A program made the translations under genes and the position numbers. The notes beneath the pieces are model-generated. The model ran no database searches. It was not told where the DNA came from and saw only the letters and a program-made list of their open reading frames with translations. From an uncultured archaeon (lineage in GTDB: Archaea > Aenigmatarchaeota > Aenigmatarchaeia > CAZXUR01): a DNA stretch of 44,086 nucleotides. Of this stretch, positions 7,691-15,227 are shown piece by piece (the stretch's first letter is position 1; each line of letters begins with the position of its first letter). The DNA is taken from NCBI GenBank assembly GCA_964644245.1, contig CAZXUR010000006.1:1-44086 (forward strand), written 5' to 3'.

Positions 7691-8336
7691 CTGAATTCTC
7701 CCTGTATTTGATCTTCAAACCCAAGCCGTACATCTCGTCCAACATTTCCAAGGCAGGCTGGAAGTTGTAGACATGTTTTTTCGCGAAGGCAACCGCGTCC
7801 TTCAAAGGCAAGACAGGTGTTTTGTCTATTGACTCTGATTTGATCTCAGAAACCGGGAACAAGAAGAAGTAAATGCCTGCCATCGGTTTGTCAGTCGTAT
7901 GTTTGATGGATAAATTAGAAAAGAACTTTCTCCACTTAGACAAATCCTTTTTCAAGACGTTTATGAAAATCGGATAGTTCTCTGCAGACCTGCCTATGTT
8001 GTAACCGCCTTTGGTCCATATGAAAATTGCATCAGTCGACGTGAAGCAGTAAGGTAATCCAATAAAATTCGGCAAGTCATAAGCGGTCTTCAAGGACAAG
8101 TGCTGCCCCAAAACGATTTTTATCAAAGAAAAGAACTTTTTGTAGATGTTGCTGTCCTTGTTAATTCTGACCCTGTTTCCTTCTCTGGTTAAAACACCCA
8201 ATTCTCTTAACTGTTCTACCCATTGGTACGTCCAGCCGTAGGAAATCTTTGTTTTTCTAGAAATTTCTCTAATCGAATCACCATCTCTTGCGGCCAACAA
8301 GATTTTCGCTGAATACGGATTAATGACCTCTATCAT
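7683..8336 (-). CDS. winged-helix DNA-binding protein, AbiEi-like (tentative antitoxin/regulator)
   Basis: N-terminal wHTH-like IREISRKTKISYGWTYQWVEQLRELGVLTREGNRVRIN plus a ~140 aa C-terminal domain. Operonic with 6992..7690. Confidence 0.55.
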   Translation of the reverse strand: MIEVINPYSAKILLAARDGDSIREISRKTKISYGWTYQWVEQLRELGVLTREGNRVRINKDSNIYKKFFSLIKIVLGQHLSLKTAYDLPNFIGLPYCFTSTDAIFIWTKGGYNIGRSAENYPIFINVLKKDLSKWRKFFSNLSIKHTTDKPMAGIYFFLFPVSEIKSESIDKTPVLPLKDAVAFAKKHVYNFQPALEMLDEMYGLGLKIKYRENSDV

Positions 8337-8359
8337 ATTATCATTATAGTGATAATTAG

Positions 8360-8366
8360 TTTAAAT
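8360..8366 (-). promoter_or_regulatory. TATA box for 7683..8336
   Basis: The minus strand reads catttaaac ~27 nt upstream of the ATG at 8336. Confidence 0.5.
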
Positions 8367-8490
8367 GTTTTTCGGTTGTACGTTGCCGTTATTACCGATA
8401 GAGTTCTGCGTTAACTTGCCAAATCATAAAAAGGTGAAAAACAAACCTCCTGAATGCAAAATCTGTCCGGAGTTGCCGGGAAGCATATAA
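8365..8490 (+). CDS. possible 41-aa ORF ending in repeat copy 6
   Basis: ATG at 8365, in frame with ..KNKPPECKICPELPGSI-stop. The ATG sits inside the divergent gene's TATA box, so expression is doubtful. Confidence 0.25.
   Translation: MFFGCTLPLLPIEFCVNLPNHKKVKNKPPECKICPELPGSI
8440..8490 (+). repeat. gene-end repeat copy 6 (most diverged): NKPPECKICPELPGSI-stop
   Basis: aacaaacctcctgaatgcaaaatctgtccggagttgccgggaagcatataa. Five silent differences from copy 1 within the six C-P-E-L-P-G codons. Confidence 0.8.
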
Positions 8491-8520
8491 TTACTTAACT
8501 CTCGACTTCTAGGCCCTTGT

Positions 8521-8649
8521 ATGAAGATGTTGTTCGTCTGTTCACAGGGCATGTACAGGAGCCCGACCGCTCGGGACTTATGGAAGCAATTGCATCCGGA
8601 GGATGAAGTAGAGTCGGTGGGCGTGCTGGCTGTGGACAATGATGATTAA
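8521..8649 (+). pseudogene. N-terminal fragment of a low-molecular-weight phosphatase / ArsC-like gene (42 codons)
   Basis: MKMLFVCSQGMYRSPTARDLW carries the C-x5-R-S P-loop of LMW-PTP/ArsC. The ORF stops after 42 aa, whereas full-length family members are ~150 aa. It lies at the island/core boundary. Confidence 0.4.
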
Positions 8650-8711
8650 GAAACATTCTCCAAAACAGAAATGTTTAAATATAATTAAATTATATTATTA
8701 GAGATGATTGT

Positions 8712-8927
8712 ATGAAGGAATTTGAGGCCAAGCCAAAGAAATGGGGCAATTCTTTAGGTGTCACCATACCCAAGGAAATCGTGGAAGAGGAAGGTGTGAG
8801 TACCGGAAAGAAGGTGAAGGTCTTCATCCTTGGCAGGAAGAAGGACGTCAAGGACGTGTTCGGGTCGTTGGAGTGGAGGAAACCAACTCAGAAAATTATG
8901 GACGAGATAGATAAAGGTTGGGAGTAA
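8712..8927 (+). CDS. vapB: AbrB/SpoVT-fold antitoxin (VapB type)
   Basis: KKWGNSLGVTIPKEIVEEEGV swapped-hairpin motif. TAATG overlap with the PIN gene. Confidence 0.8.
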   Translation: MKEFEAKPKKWGNSLGVTIPKEIVEEEGVSTGKKVKVFILGRKKDVKDVFGSLEWRKPTQKIMDEIDKGWE

Positions 8928-9289
8928 TGATTTACTTCTTCGATACGTACGCATTTATCGAGGTAATCAAAGGTAATCCGAGGTACGAGAAATACTTGGA
9001 AGTAGACAAGGTGACCACAAGACTGAATCTGATGGAGTTGTACTTTGCACTCCTGAGGGATTTCAACAGCAAGACGGCGGGCAAGTATTACGACTTCTTC
9101 TCAGTTTTTGCCATACCGGTCGAGGACTCGACTGTGAAAAAGGCGATGTTCTTCAAGTTGAAGAACAAGAGAGAGAAACTCAGCTACGTGGACTGTATCG
9201 GTTACATGATTGCCTTGGAGAACGGAATAAAGTTCTTGACTGGCGATGAAAAGTTTGAGGACAAAAAAGGCGTTGAATTCGTCAAGTAG
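8927..9289 (+). CDS. vapC: PIN-domain ribonuclease toxin (VapC type)
   Basis: MIYFFDTYAFIE (first acidic residue) and LSYVDCIGYMIALENGIKFLTGDEKF. The ATG at 8927 overlaps the vapB stop; the track start at 8918 is a TTG. Confidence 0.8.
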   Translation: MIYFFDTYAFIEVIKGNPRYEKYLEVDKVTTRLNLMELYFALLRDFNSKTAGKYYDFFSVFAIPVEDSTVKKAMFFKLKNKREKLSYVDCIGYMIALENGIKFLTGDEKFEDKKGVEFVK

Positions 9290-9292
9290 AAT

Positions 9293-9308
9293 TTTAAAAG
9301 ACTTTCAG
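9293..9308 (+). repeat. 16-nt perfect direct repeat, left copy (TTTAAAAGACTTTCAG)
   Basis: Identical to 9960..9975. Contains a TATA-like TTTAAAA. Confidence 0.8.
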
Positions 9309-9338
9309 AAACTGTCTGGGTTTGCCTGCTACGTAGAG

Positions 9339-9944
9339 TTAACTTCCTAGTTCCTTTTCTTCGAATTTCCTAAAATCTATCGGATCTCTATAGGGACATT
9401 CTTTGCACATAGCCATGTATTCTTCCGCGGCCTTGACTAAATGCTCGTTTCCTTCTGAGGAATCGTGTTTCTCTATGTCGACGAGGATATCATATTGGTC
9501 GTCCCTGCATGGATTTCTCAATGAATGTCTTTGGCCGGGAATCATACTCCTTCCGTACACACAGCAGTTTGTCATCAGTCCCCTTAAATCTCTCAACAGA
9601 TCTTCCTGATTCACGAGGAGGCTTCTATCCCCTTCAACAAGGCTGTGATTGTCGGCCAGATGTTCTACTATGTTTTTGAACCTTGAAATTCCAAGTCTGG
9701 TCCTGTCCCTATTCGTAATCTGAGAAACCTCTGAAAATTTCTCAAGCTCGGATAAAGCCAGGTCCAAATATTTTCTGCTGGGCATCTCCTTCTCGGGTAG
9801 AGACGGAATATGTTCTCTATCTGGATCCGGGACATAACTCATCAAACCCAACAAATACTTGCCTTCGATGATACCGGTTATTGAATTGAGCTCGTTAAGC
9901 AGACTTTCATCGATGTCGTGTCTGTTCGTCTTAAGCATAGACAA
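9339..9944 (-). CDS. hypothetical protein (201 aa) with Cys-containing C-terminal part
   Basis: Long ORF. No motif recognised. The Met at 9938 gives better spacing to the TATA at ~9960. Confidence 0.55.
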   Translation of the reverse strand: MSMLKTNRHDIDESLLNELNSITGIIEGKYLLGLMSYVPDPDREHIPSLPEKEMPSRKYLDLALSELEKFSEVSQITNRDRTRLGISRFKNIVEHLADNHSLVEGDRSLLVNQEDLLRDLRGLMTNCCVYGRSMIPGQRHSLRNPCRDDQYDILVDIEKHDSSEGNEHLVKAAEEYMAMCKECPYRDPIDFRKFEEKELGS

Positions 9945-9959
9945 GGGATAACAGTTAAG

Positions 9960-9975
9960 TTTAAAAGACTTTCAG
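9960..9975 (+). repeat. 16-nt perfect direct repeat, right copy (TTTAAAAGACTTTCAG)
   Basis: Identical to 9293..9308. Lies between 9339..9944 and 9972..10196. Confidence 0.8.
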
Positions 9976-10196
9976 GACTTTTTCAACCGGGCGTATCCTT
10001 CGACTGATTTGAGAAGGTGGCGGTCTTGAAGGTAAGATTCAAACGAATCGTCCTCTGTCTCGCGGAGTCTGTCGAGGAGCGTGTCCAGGACTTCCGAGTC
10101 TTCATGGTCCTCCAGAGTCCTGTTCAAGGCGTACTCCACGTTTGATTCGTAGTCACCACCCTTCCCGGCCTGGTTCAGGTACAGGCGGAAGGTCAT
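9972..10196 (-). CDS. hypothetical acidic protein (74 aa)
   Basis: ORF only. Same strand and immediately upstream of 9339..9944. Confidence 0.4.
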   Translation of the reverse strand: MTFRLYLNQAGKGGDYESNVEYALNRTLEDHEDSEVLDTLLDRLRETEDDSFESYLQDRHLLKSVEGYARLKKS

Positions 10197-10297
10197 GAGA
10201 ATGGTTATGGACTTCTCCTTGGAAGGGATAAGACTGATTGTTCCGGAAGGATAAAGGATTCAAACTAGTTTTATATATCACCTAAGGAACTATTCTT

Positions 10298-10567
10298 ATG
10301 ATAGAGATATTCGCAGCGGGTTTCCTGGGAGGTCTCATCCGCGGACTGGTAGGAATAACCAAGTACATGAGAGGGACTCCCACCAAGAAGAGGAATATCA
10401 GGCTCGAGTACATTGTACTGACTCTCTTGTCTGCAGGCGGTATGGGTCTTCTGGCAGGGGTGTTCATCGCTGAGGATGTGAAATTCGCACTTCTGGCCGG
10501 TTATGCGGGCAGCGACTTCATAGAAGGCCTGTTCAAAATCAAGATGAAGAGAAAGGACTGGGACTGA
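10298..10567 (+). CDS. small membrane protein (89 aa)
   Basis: Gly-rich hydrophobic helices. TATA gttttatatat upstream. 1-nt overlap with the next gene. Confidence 0.6.
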   Translation: MIEIFAAGFLGGLIRGLVGITKYMRGTPTKKRNIRLEYIVLTLLSAGGMGLLAGVFIAEDVKFALLAGYAGSDFIEGLFKIKMKRKDWD

Positions 10568-11049
10568 TGAAATGCCTGAAGTGGTCGGTCCTGTTGCTGG
10601 TGTTGTTGATGGCTCCGGTTGTTGTGGCTGACAACCAGACCATTTCTACAGACTTCCAAGGCGACTGTCAAGACTACATAGTGACCGTGTCTGCCGAGGG
10701 TTTTGAGAGCGGTTGTTACGACGTGAAGGTAGATTTGTTCGACTACGGTATGCGGGTAGGAGAGGTATACGACCAGAAGAAGGGCTGGAAGTCGAGTATG
10801 TACTATGTCAACGAAATACTCTGCGTTCCCGAAGAGAATCAAACGACTTTAAAGGTTAAGGCCAATTCGGACAAGAACCTGACCGGAGAGGTGAAGTTGA
10901 GAAGGGGCAGTAAAGTCTGGGAACAGGAAGTCACATTGATACAGGATTGTCCGGAGGCCGAGCCCGTGGACCCCGGAGAGTTCCTTGGGATGGTGACCGC
11001 GGTAGTGGTTATACTGGCTGCGGGTGTTTATTTCTACAAGAGACATTAG
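10567..11049 (+). CDS. secreted protein with C-terminal membrane anchor (160 aa)
   Basis: Signal peptide [22 protein letters not shown]-terminal helix [19 protein letters not shown]. Confidence 0.65.
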   Translation: MKCLKWSVLLLVLLMAPVVVADNQTISTDFQGDCQDYIVTVSAEGFESGCYDVKVDLFDYGMRVGEVYDQKKGWKSSMYYVNEILCVPEENQTTLKVKANSDKNLTGEVKLRRGSKVWEQEVTLIQDCPEAEPVDPGEFLGMVTAVVVILAAGVYFYKRH

Positions 11050-11348
11050 AACAGGACTGTTATCAGCAACAGGAACACAAACACCAGCAGGGCAAACAGG
11101 ACTTTGTTGGTATCGCTTGACCAAAGTTCCTTCAGCCGCTTGAAAGGAACGGGACCAGAACGCTTCATCTCCGGATAATCTTTCAAAGCCTTTTTGGTTT
11201 GCTTCCACTGCTTGTTTTTGTAGTCAGACAGACCGGGACAGTTGTGTGACTCGGGAAGACGATGTTCTGAGCAAAAGGTTTCTCCGCAGAACTTGCAGGT
11301 AAAATAGTCTATACTCAACTTTTTTCCGCACTGGCTGCATTTGACCAT
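11046..11348 (-). CDS. AN1-type zinc-finger protein with C-terminal transmembrane helix
   Basis: [29 protein letters not shown] matches the AN1 Cys/His spacing. Hydrophobic tail [18 protein letters not shown]. Confidence 0.75.
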   Translation of the reverse strand: MVKCSQCGKKLSIDYFTCKFCGETFCSEHRLPESHNCPGLSDYKNKQWKQTKKALKDYPEMKRSGPVPFKRLKELWSSDTNKVLFALLVFVFLLLITVLF

Positions 11349-11378
11349 AAGTATAGTCGGAAAGTAGATTTTTATAGG

Positions 11379-12143
11379 TTATAGGAGGCCCGTGCAGCGC
11401 CAGTTGATTTCAGCCTCTTCCGTGTCAGTGTGCACGACACAGGCAGGGTTGCAGCCCTCCTTCTCCAAGTCAAGGTCGAGCCACCAGGTTTTGGTCGTCG
11501 GGTTGCAAATAGCGGTTTCCTCCGTTTCTCCGCATTCGGACTCGGAGATTTCTTTTGCCCGGGAAAAAGACATTCCGTTGCAGGAACAGTCATCCGCGGG
11601 GGTCCAGTTGACACGGCACTCGCCGTCAATACACGCACACTCACCGCACCCACAGTCCATGGTTCCGGGAGCGCATTCTTCTGTGCAGAAGACGTCCGAA
11701 CAGTCCGGGGCCAGTGAAACGTGCACGCATTCGCTCGGGTGGCAGCATGTCGCTGCAACACAGTCCCCGTCCTCTTCACAACCGATAATCTCAGTGAATG
11801 TTCTTCCATCGGGGGTCGCACACTGTCGCGGGTAGGACTCCATCACCGGATATCCTGCGTCCACGCACTCCTGGAAGCTATTTATTACATCAGAAACGGC
11901 CTCGCACCGCCCGTCCACGCACTGGCAGGCCTCGGGTGCGGCACAGAAACACTCGCCTTGGGAAGTCCAGTCGTAGCCCTTGTTGAAGCAACCGCAGTTG
12001 CAGTCACCGGACTCGCCAAAAACCACGCAGTCCGCGTCTGAAGAGCATGCTTTGGGATTCTCAGGGGCCGTGGGCACCACCAAAAACGCGAACACCAGGG
12101 CAGCTGATATTATCAGCAAAGATAGCTTGTACTCTATTTTCAT
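11379..12143 (-). CDS. Cys-rich secreted protein (254 aa, ~32 Cys)
   Basis: N-terminal hydrophobic signal/anchor, then dense Cys spacing. The overlapping ORFs in other frames are shadows. Confidence 0.7.
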   Translation of the reverse strand: MKIEYKLSLLIISAALVFAFLVVPTAPENPKACSSDADCVVFGESGDCNCGCFNKGYDWTSQGECFCAAPEACQCVDGRCEAVSDVINSFQECVDAGYPVMESYPRQCATPDGRTFTEIIGCEEDGDCVAATCCHPSECVHVSLAPDCSDVFCTEECAPGTMDCGCGECACIDGECRVNWTPADDCSCNGMSFSRAKEISESECGETEETAICNPTTKTWWLDLDLEKEGCNPACVVHTDTEEAEINWRCTGLL

Positions 12144-12208
12144 GCGTGATATTTGAATTCTCAGCTTAAATATATATCAGGAATATTGGGTCTGGACCCT
12201 AATAGTTC

Positions 12209-12406
12209 TCATCGACCCCAGGATACCTTCTCCCAGCTCCTCTCATGGAAGTAGTAAATCACCAGCTTGACCACCACGTCCAGCAATCCCACGACTCCTG
12301 CCAATGCGAGACTTCCGGTGAAGAGGAGAATAAGAGCTACGGTGGTCAATGTGGCCACGACACGAAACGTTATGGTCTTGACAACGCTCCTCATGCGTGT
12401 TTCCAT
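12209..12406 (-). CDS. DUF2061-like small membrane protein
   Basis: KTITFRVVATL..YYFHERSWEKVSWG pattern. Confidence 0.6.
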   Translation of the reverse strand: METRMRSVVKTITFRVVATLTTVALILLFTGSLALAGVVGLLDVVVKLVIYYFHERSWEKVSWGR

Positions 12407-12428
12407 GCAAAATATTTGGGCCGGTCTC

Positions 12429-12740
12429 TTATAAAGTTTTTTGTCTTGGCGTGTACTGACCCAGGGCCTGACAGATTTCGCGATCCATGCAGTTCTCTGC
12501 GCAGGTTATCTCTGGGTTGGTTCGTTTGTTGTATCCGCACACGAATATGCCGCTCAGGTACCTCCAAAACCTGCCCCTGGTGACTCTCCGGTCGATGTGT
12601 TTTTCCAGGAGCCTTTCAGCAAGGAGCGGTTTTATCCCGCGGAGCTCGTCTGCATTCTCTTGCAGCCATTGCGGGAACTGCCGGTTGAACTCTCTCTCGA
12701 ATTTGATGGTCTCTCTTATGAGGGAAGGTTTCTCGTCCAT
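12429..12740 (-). CDS. hypothetical protein with C-terminal 4-Cys cluster (103 aa)
   Basis: ORF packed 8 nt downstream of the glycosylase gene. Cys pattern C-x12-C-x3-C-x5-C. Confidence 0.5.
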   Translation of the reverse strand: MDEKPSLIRETIKFEREFNRQFPQWLQENADELRGIKPLLAERLLEKHIDRRVTRGRFWRYLSGIFVCGYNKRTNPEITCAENCMDREICQALGQYTPRQKTL

Positions 12741-12748
12741 GGATAGGA

Positions 12749-13405
12749 TTAGTCACTGCCTTTAAACGTCTTCCCTGTGTCACAGTCCTCTCTCAGGGGA
12801 CATTCCCCGCAGAGGGGTTCCTTCTTGCAGTAGTTCTTGCCCAGTTCGACTATAAGAGCGTGGAACTGTTTGAAGACTTCAGGGTCCTTTCCCATCTTTG
12901 CCTCCACTATGCGGCGAATCAGCTCGTAGTCGTCTATGCGTGTCAGACCTAAACGGCGGAACACGCGTTTTGTATAGGCATCGACTATGAACACCGGGTG
13001 GTTTCCCTCGTATAGGAGCATGGAGTCGGCTGTCTCCAGTCCTATGCCCGGCAGTGAGAGCAGCTCTTTGCGGGCTTCTGGGAAAGGTTTGGAAAGTAGG
13101 GCAGACAGGTCTCCGTCATACTCGTCCATTAAGTACTGTGAGAACTTCTTGAGGCGCGAGGCCTTCTGCTTGTAGAAGCCCGAGGAGTGGATGTATTGCT
13201 GCAGTTTGTCCTCAGTCAGTTGTTCTAATTTCTCGGGAGAGAGCGCGTTGTGGTGCTTCAACTCGTACAAAGCGACTTCCACGTTCTTCCAGGAGGTCTG
13301 TTGCGTCAGCAGGGCGCCCACAGCCATCTCAAAACCCTGTCCGGGCCACCAGTCCTGTTTTCCGAAGTGTTTCAACAACTTCTGGTAGACTTCTCGGTAG
13401 GACAT
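12749..13405 (-). CDS. HhH-GPD DNA glycosylase (endonuclease III / MutY-Mig superfamily) with Fe-S cluster loop
   Basis: LLTQQTSW, helix-hairpin-helix LPGIGLETADSMLLY, VDAYTKRV (catalytic Asp), C-terminal CKKEPLCGECPLREDC (C-x6-C-x2-C-x5-C). The HhH lysine typical of bifunctional Nth is Glu here. Confidence 0.85.
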   Translation of the reverse strand: MSYREVYQKLLKHFGKQDWWPGQGFEMAVGALLTQQTSWKNVEVALYELKHHNALSPEKLEQLTEDKLQQYIHSSGFYKQKASRLKKFSQYLMDEYDGDLSALLSKPFPEARKELLSLPGIGLETADSMLLYEGNHPVFIVDAYTKRVFRRLGLTRIDDYELIRRIVEAKMGKDPEVFKQFHALIVELGKNYCKKEPLCGECPLREDCDTGKTFKGSD

Positions 13406-13436
13406 ACGAATATTCGGAGTGAGAATTTTAATTGTT

Positions 13437-13808
13437 TCAGAGACCGATGCTCATGTCATCCAAAGCACGGGAAAACCGGTCCTTGGGGATGAACAAGTAG
13501 TCACCCATATGGGGCAGTATGATATCAGAACTGTTCACCGTGAACATGCTTATGGGTACTGTCCGGCCTTTGTAGGTGATGTAAGGCCTGCACATCTGCT
13601 CGCCGTAAGCCAGGTATTTAGTGTTGGACTCCAAACAGTCGGCCTTGCCCCTGGACATACAGTCTTCCCTAAGAGAGTCCCCGTTTTGTATCCGGTACAG
13701 GGAAATTTCCTGTTCCTCGAGCTTTCTATAAATCTCTTTCAAGTCGTCTGACATCTGTAAAGGCTTCGGACAAGCCAAATATATACTTTTGGCGGTAAAA
13801 CTCGACAA
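13437..13808 (-). CDS. hypothetical protein (123 aa from TTG; 105 aa from the ATG at 13754)
   Basis: ORF packed between the MFS and glycosylase genes. No motif recognised. Confidence 0.5.
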   Translation of the reverse strand: MSSFTAKSIYLACPKPLQMSDDLKEIYRKLEEQEISLYRIQNGDSLREDCMSRGKADCLESNTKYLAYGEQMCRPYITYKGRTVPISMFTVNSSDIILPHMGDYLFIPKDRFSRALDDMSIGL

Positions 13809-13817
13809 ATGTTGAAC

Positions 13818-15155
13818 TTATTCTGTCTCCTCAGGCCCGAACAGACGTGAGATGAAGTGGTTGTAGGGCCTGGTGAAACGCATTAACGGTCCGGTGAGCC
13901 CGGTCCTTATCTGGGCGAGTATGACCTTGGTGGGCACGATTTCCTTGACCGGCTCCTCCAGGAACTTCCAGAAAAGGAATGCCGCGGTGAGTCTAAAGGC
14001 GAACGAGAGGAAGAACAGGATTTTCAGGTTGTACTCGTAGGAAGCGAAATAGTCGGCTATGTATCCGCCCATTAGCGGGGCGACTATGTTTGCCAGTCCC
14101 ACCACCGTCCAGAAAATCGCGGTGTAAGCGGGTCTCCTCCCGGAAGGGGAGATTTCCAGGAGATAGTTGAAAAGGGCAAGGTTGAATCCTCCCCACATGA
14201 CTCCTCCCAGCACGTTTATGGGTATCACGTGCGCGGGCTCTGAAGCGAACAGCCACAGGAAGGGGATGAGACTTATTCCGAATGAAGTGAGGACTATGAC
14301 CGAACGGTGGGAGAACTGGTCGCAGAGGCTGCCCCATTTCTTGAGTACCATGAGGGTGGACAGACCGGTGGTCACTGACAGGAGTGACAGCCACAGATAA
14401 GAGGCTTTGAGGTTCTCCAGCAACTGGACCACGAAGAAGGGTCCTGCCACCATCAGGCCGAACTGGAACAGGAAGTAGATTTTGAGGAACGTCCTGAACT
14501 TGTGGTTTCTCGATATGCGCCTGAAGTCGCGGAACACGTTCACCTCGTCCACGGGCTCAAACTTCAGTCTGGGTATCCTGTGGAAGGAGAGTGAGGAAAG
14601 CACTCCGAACAGGAGACCCAAAGAGAAGATGGTGACGAAACCGGTAAAATCGCCTTTGGAGAACAGGTCCAGGAACCAGCCGGCGCTGAAAGTGGCTATC
14701 ATGCCCGCGGCCGTGCACAGGTAGTTCCTCCTGGAGAAATAACTTCCCCGCTTGTCACCGGGCACCAGGTGACCCATGATGGATGCCCAGGCAGGTCCGG
14801 CGAGAGAGCCGATGGACGTGGAGAGTGTAACAAGGACTATCAGAACGGGCAAGGGACTCAGAGAAAGGAAAGGGAGCAGGAGTATGGGCAGCCAGAATAG
14901 TCTGGAAATCAGCGAAGTCAGGAACACCAGAAGTTTCCTGTCCCTTACCACTTCAGCCAGCCTGGCAGCGGGTATCTGTGCGGACGTCCAGAAGATGGAT
15001 GGCACTGAGGAGAGGAGACCGATGACTACGTTTGTGGCCCCCAAGGCCAAGGCAAATGGGGACAGGAAGTTGTTGCAGAGTGAGACCATGAGCGTTGCGA
15101 ACACGCCCTCCCTGGTCGCGTACTTCAGTCCTTTCTCCCTCTGTTTAGTTTTCAT
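13818..15155 (-). CDS. major facilitator superfamily transporter
   Basis: 445 aa with ~12 hydrophobic helices and a basic loop after TM2 (AEVVRDRK), MFS-like. Confidence 0.8.
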   Translation of the reverse strand: MKTKQREKGLKYATREGVFATLMVSLCNNFLSPFALALGATNVVIGLLSSVPSIFWTSAQIPAARLAEVVRDRKLLVFLTSLISRLFWLPILLLPFLSLSPLPVLIVLVTLSTSIGSLAGPAWASIMGHLVPGDKRGSYFSRRNYLCTAAGMIATFSAGWFLDLFSKGDFTGFVTIFSLGLLFGVLSSLSFHRIPRLKFEPVDEVNVFRDFRRISRNHKFRTFLKIYFLFQFGLMVAGPFFVVQLLENLKASYLWLSLLSVTTGLSTLMVLKKWGSLCDQFSHRSVIVLTSFGISLIPFLWLFASEPAHVIPINVLGGVMWGGFNLALFNYLLEISPSGRRPAYTAIFWTVVGLANIVAPLMGGYIADYFASYEYNLKILFFLSFAFRLTAAFLFWKFLEEPVKEIVPTKVILAQIRTGLTGPLMRFTRPYNHFISRLFGPEETE

Positions 15156-15227
15156 AGCCGTATAAGTTGCGACGCAAGTTTAAATAGTTGTTTTCCGGAC
15201 ATAGGAATATTAACTTTCTCGTCTAGT

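Larger units (their letters stand above)
924..8490 (+). other. AT-rich accessory island: five gene cassettes delimited by six direct gene-end repeats
   Basis: Repeat copies end at 980, 2474, 4408, 4966, 6986 and 8490, all on the + strand. Each interval holds one functional module. Composition is visibly AT-richer than sequence to the right of ~8500. Confidence 0.6.

Noticed and set aside
924-8490. Could the six repeats be a CRISPR array?
   Set aside because: Spacing is irregular (558 to 2020 nt). The intervals are complete genes with promoters. The repeats vary in length (33-57 nt) and are conserved at the peptide level. No cas genes are present.
924-8490. Classical integron attC sites
   Set aside because: I found no conserved imperfect inverted repeat (R''/L'' with L'/R') shared by the copies. 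The small hairpins visible in single copies are not conserved. Cassette genes lie in both orientations, and several have an identifiable TATA-like element of their own. This cannot be fully excluded without a covariance-model scan.
8424-8639. 71-aa minus-strand ORF at the island edge
   Set aside because: It overlaps repeat copy 6 and the P-loop fragment on the + strand, both of which show recognisable peptide conservation. It has no promoter or motif.
8639-8700. C/D-box sRNA suggested by ATGATGA at ~8640
   Set aside because: No matching D box (CTGA) or terminal stem lies within a plausible distance. The ATGATGA is the end of the phosphatase-fragment ORF.
11372-12041. Several 95-149 aa ORFs in other frames and on the other strand over the Cys-rich gene
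   Set aside because: These are shadow ORFs in a GC-rich, stop-poor region. They are Arg/Ser/Pro-rich with no start context. The 254-aa frame has a signal anchor and a coherent Cys pattern.
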